Origin: Felis catus | Lineage: Eukaryota | Length of the DNA: 64,000 nt | Reading direction: 5' to 3' | NCBI RefSeq assembly: GCF_018350175.1 | Contig: NC_058383.1 | Coordinates: 26,848,001-26,912,000 of the forward strand | Shown here: positions 62,351-64,000 of the stretch, piece after piece | How positions within the stretch are numbered: position 1 is the first letter of the stretch | Layout of the letters: each line of letters begins with the position of its first letter | The notes under the pieces: model-generated | What the model was told of the DNA's origin: nothing | The model's input: only the letters and a program-made list of their open reading frames with translations | Databases searched by the model: none | Made by a program: the position numbers and the translations under genes

Positions 62351-63289
62351 TCCTAATAATGGATTTTAAAATGTTGGCATCTTATTTACTTATTTATCCA
62401 TAAGTTTTCATTTTAATTTCAGTATAGTTAACATACAGTGTTATATTAGTTTCAGTAGCTAACATGTCTACGAGTGGAACATCTATCTTCCTTCTAGAAG
62501 AAGAGGCCTTATAGCAGCTTGAAAGGTCAGGTGCAGTCAAATAGGAATGTTATTCAAGGCTGGAGTGACTTTCCCACTGCCTTCCATGGTGTCCTAACCA
62601 CACAAGAGGCCTCTACCTTCCCTCCTACTGGCCTCTGCTTGGGATGACGCACCCCCTGGTCGTGTGTAGTCCATGCATCCTCTTATTCTAAACTCAAGTG
62701 TCTCTTTCCCTGGCTTTCTCCTCATTTTGACCTTCATTTTGACACGTTACACCTCTTTCCTTTTTGTGTTGTGACGGGGAATGGGCTTCCTGTCTATGCT
62801 AATGATTTCTCCAAGAGAGAGCCTGAATCTTACTAATTTTTGTATTCCAGGTGCCTAAGATGTTCTCGGTGAGTGTGAGGTGCTTGGTTGGTGTTTATCG
62901 AATGGATAAATGAGTGACTGAACACATGAATGGAAGAAACATACCCACTGAAGCCAGCGAGTGTGGTGTGTAAGCCATTTCTCCTGGCAGGTTTGAACCT
63001 GGCAGTTTTAGCTCCTCCTGTTTGAAATGACTTGTTTGAATGCGAGTGGGAATGACAATTGAAAGACTATTAAACTGCATAGGCATGAAGAACAGGGTTC
63101 TAAGAGTGGTTCCCTACGGGGGAGGGATCGGCAAGCCTGGCGGTGGCTCTCACTTACTTCTTCATTATAGACTTCGAGAGGAGAGAGTTGTGTGATAACA
63201 GGTGATTTGTACTCATCATTTTGAGGGAATTTTTTTTTTTTATAAAGAAGTACAAGAAGGAGCAGATGAATAAATACAAAATGCTGTTT

Positions 63290-63480
63290 TAGAGTTGAAT
63301 CTGAGTACCAAGCTGGCTCTGGGTGACTTGGGGCAAATCGCTTTCCCCTCTGAGCCATCTCCTCACTTGTGAAAGGAGACTGAGAAAGCCTGCCTCCTGG
63401 GTCCACCGTGAGGATCGAAAAGCACAGGGTCTGGCACACGGGGGACCCTTGACAAATGACAGCTGTCGCTGCTATTATTA
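63290..63480 (+). mobile_element. MIR SINE
   Basis: 'gggtgacttggggcaaatc...ctcctcacttgtgaaa...gtgaggat...ctggcacac'. Confidence 0.65.
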
Positions 63481-63724
63481 GCAATATTAGCAACACGCAG
63501 AAAAATGATAAACCAGGGAGTACAGAGGTCTCTGCCAATCTGGGACAGTCTTTGAAATCTAATTTTATTTATAGCCTGTCTGCTTATGCTGGGTAGCTTA
63601 ACATATTGATTCTTTGAAAACCGTGTGGCTTAACCCTGGCACAGAGGCTTTTTAATAAACTCTGCTTATTGGGTGATTACGTGGAAGGCAGCTGCCGTGA
63701 CCTCAGTGACCAAGTGAATCATTG

Positions 63725-63930
63725 TGATAACAGTAGCTGCCATTTATTGAGCTCTTACTATGAGCCACTTAGTCCTTAACACAGTTCCCACGAGATCTTA
63801 TAATCCCCATTTTACAGATGGGAAAATGAGGTACAGACAGGTTAAATATTTAAGGCCATATATCTTGTAAGTGGCTTATCCAAGATTCAAACCCTGGTCT
63901 GCTGGGTCAAAGTTAGTGATCTTTTTGTTA
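63725..63930 (-). mobile_element. MIR SINE
   Basis: 'catttattgagctcttactatg...ccccattttacagatgggaaaatgagg...gattcaaacc'. Confidence 0.8.
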
Positions 63931-64000
63931 GACCTGATGCCTCTCAAGTTGCAGATAATGTGGTATAAGAGAAAGAGAGTAGGGGAGAGGTGCCTCAGTG

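Noticed and set aside
63008..63538. Longest ORF (176 aa) with a signal-peptide-like N-terminus
   Set aside because: It runs antisense through a MIR and a poly-T tract, has a non-ATG start and shows no homology I can recognise.
1..64000. Assignment of the window to a named gene or locus
   Set aside because: No recognisable coding exon; it would need BLAST or liftOver of the unique segments.

Overview
Mammalian, almost certainly felid (cat-lineage), non-coding genomic DNA that looks intergenic or deep intronic. The lineage call rests on about 20 tRNA-derived CAN-SINEs, most of them of the Felidae SINEC_Fc type, and on feline L1 3' ends. The rest of the window is older eutherian repeats (L1M, L2, MIR, MaLR/ERVL/ERV1 solo LTRs, MER20/MER5A) and microsatellites, separated by unique stretches, a few of which look regulatory. 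I cannot support any protein-coding gene, true tRNA/rRNA or CRISPR array, and the ORF track is dominated by repeat-derived or random ORFs. I see no convincing new biological system. The most notable structures are: (1) a 151-bp, ~97% identical inverted copy of 18643-18793 pasted into a microsatellite inside an L1, which is itself nested in a SINE tail inside an L2; (2) a twin-primed inverted L1 in a three-level L1 nest; (3) a ~360-bp degenerate (TCTAGG)n array that reads like an RS domain; (4) a near-consensus CTCF site, a POU/SOX motif cluster and a candidate 51-nt exon plus 76-nt intron. Repeat subfamily names are from memory of consensus sequences, and boundaries of old repeats are approximate.
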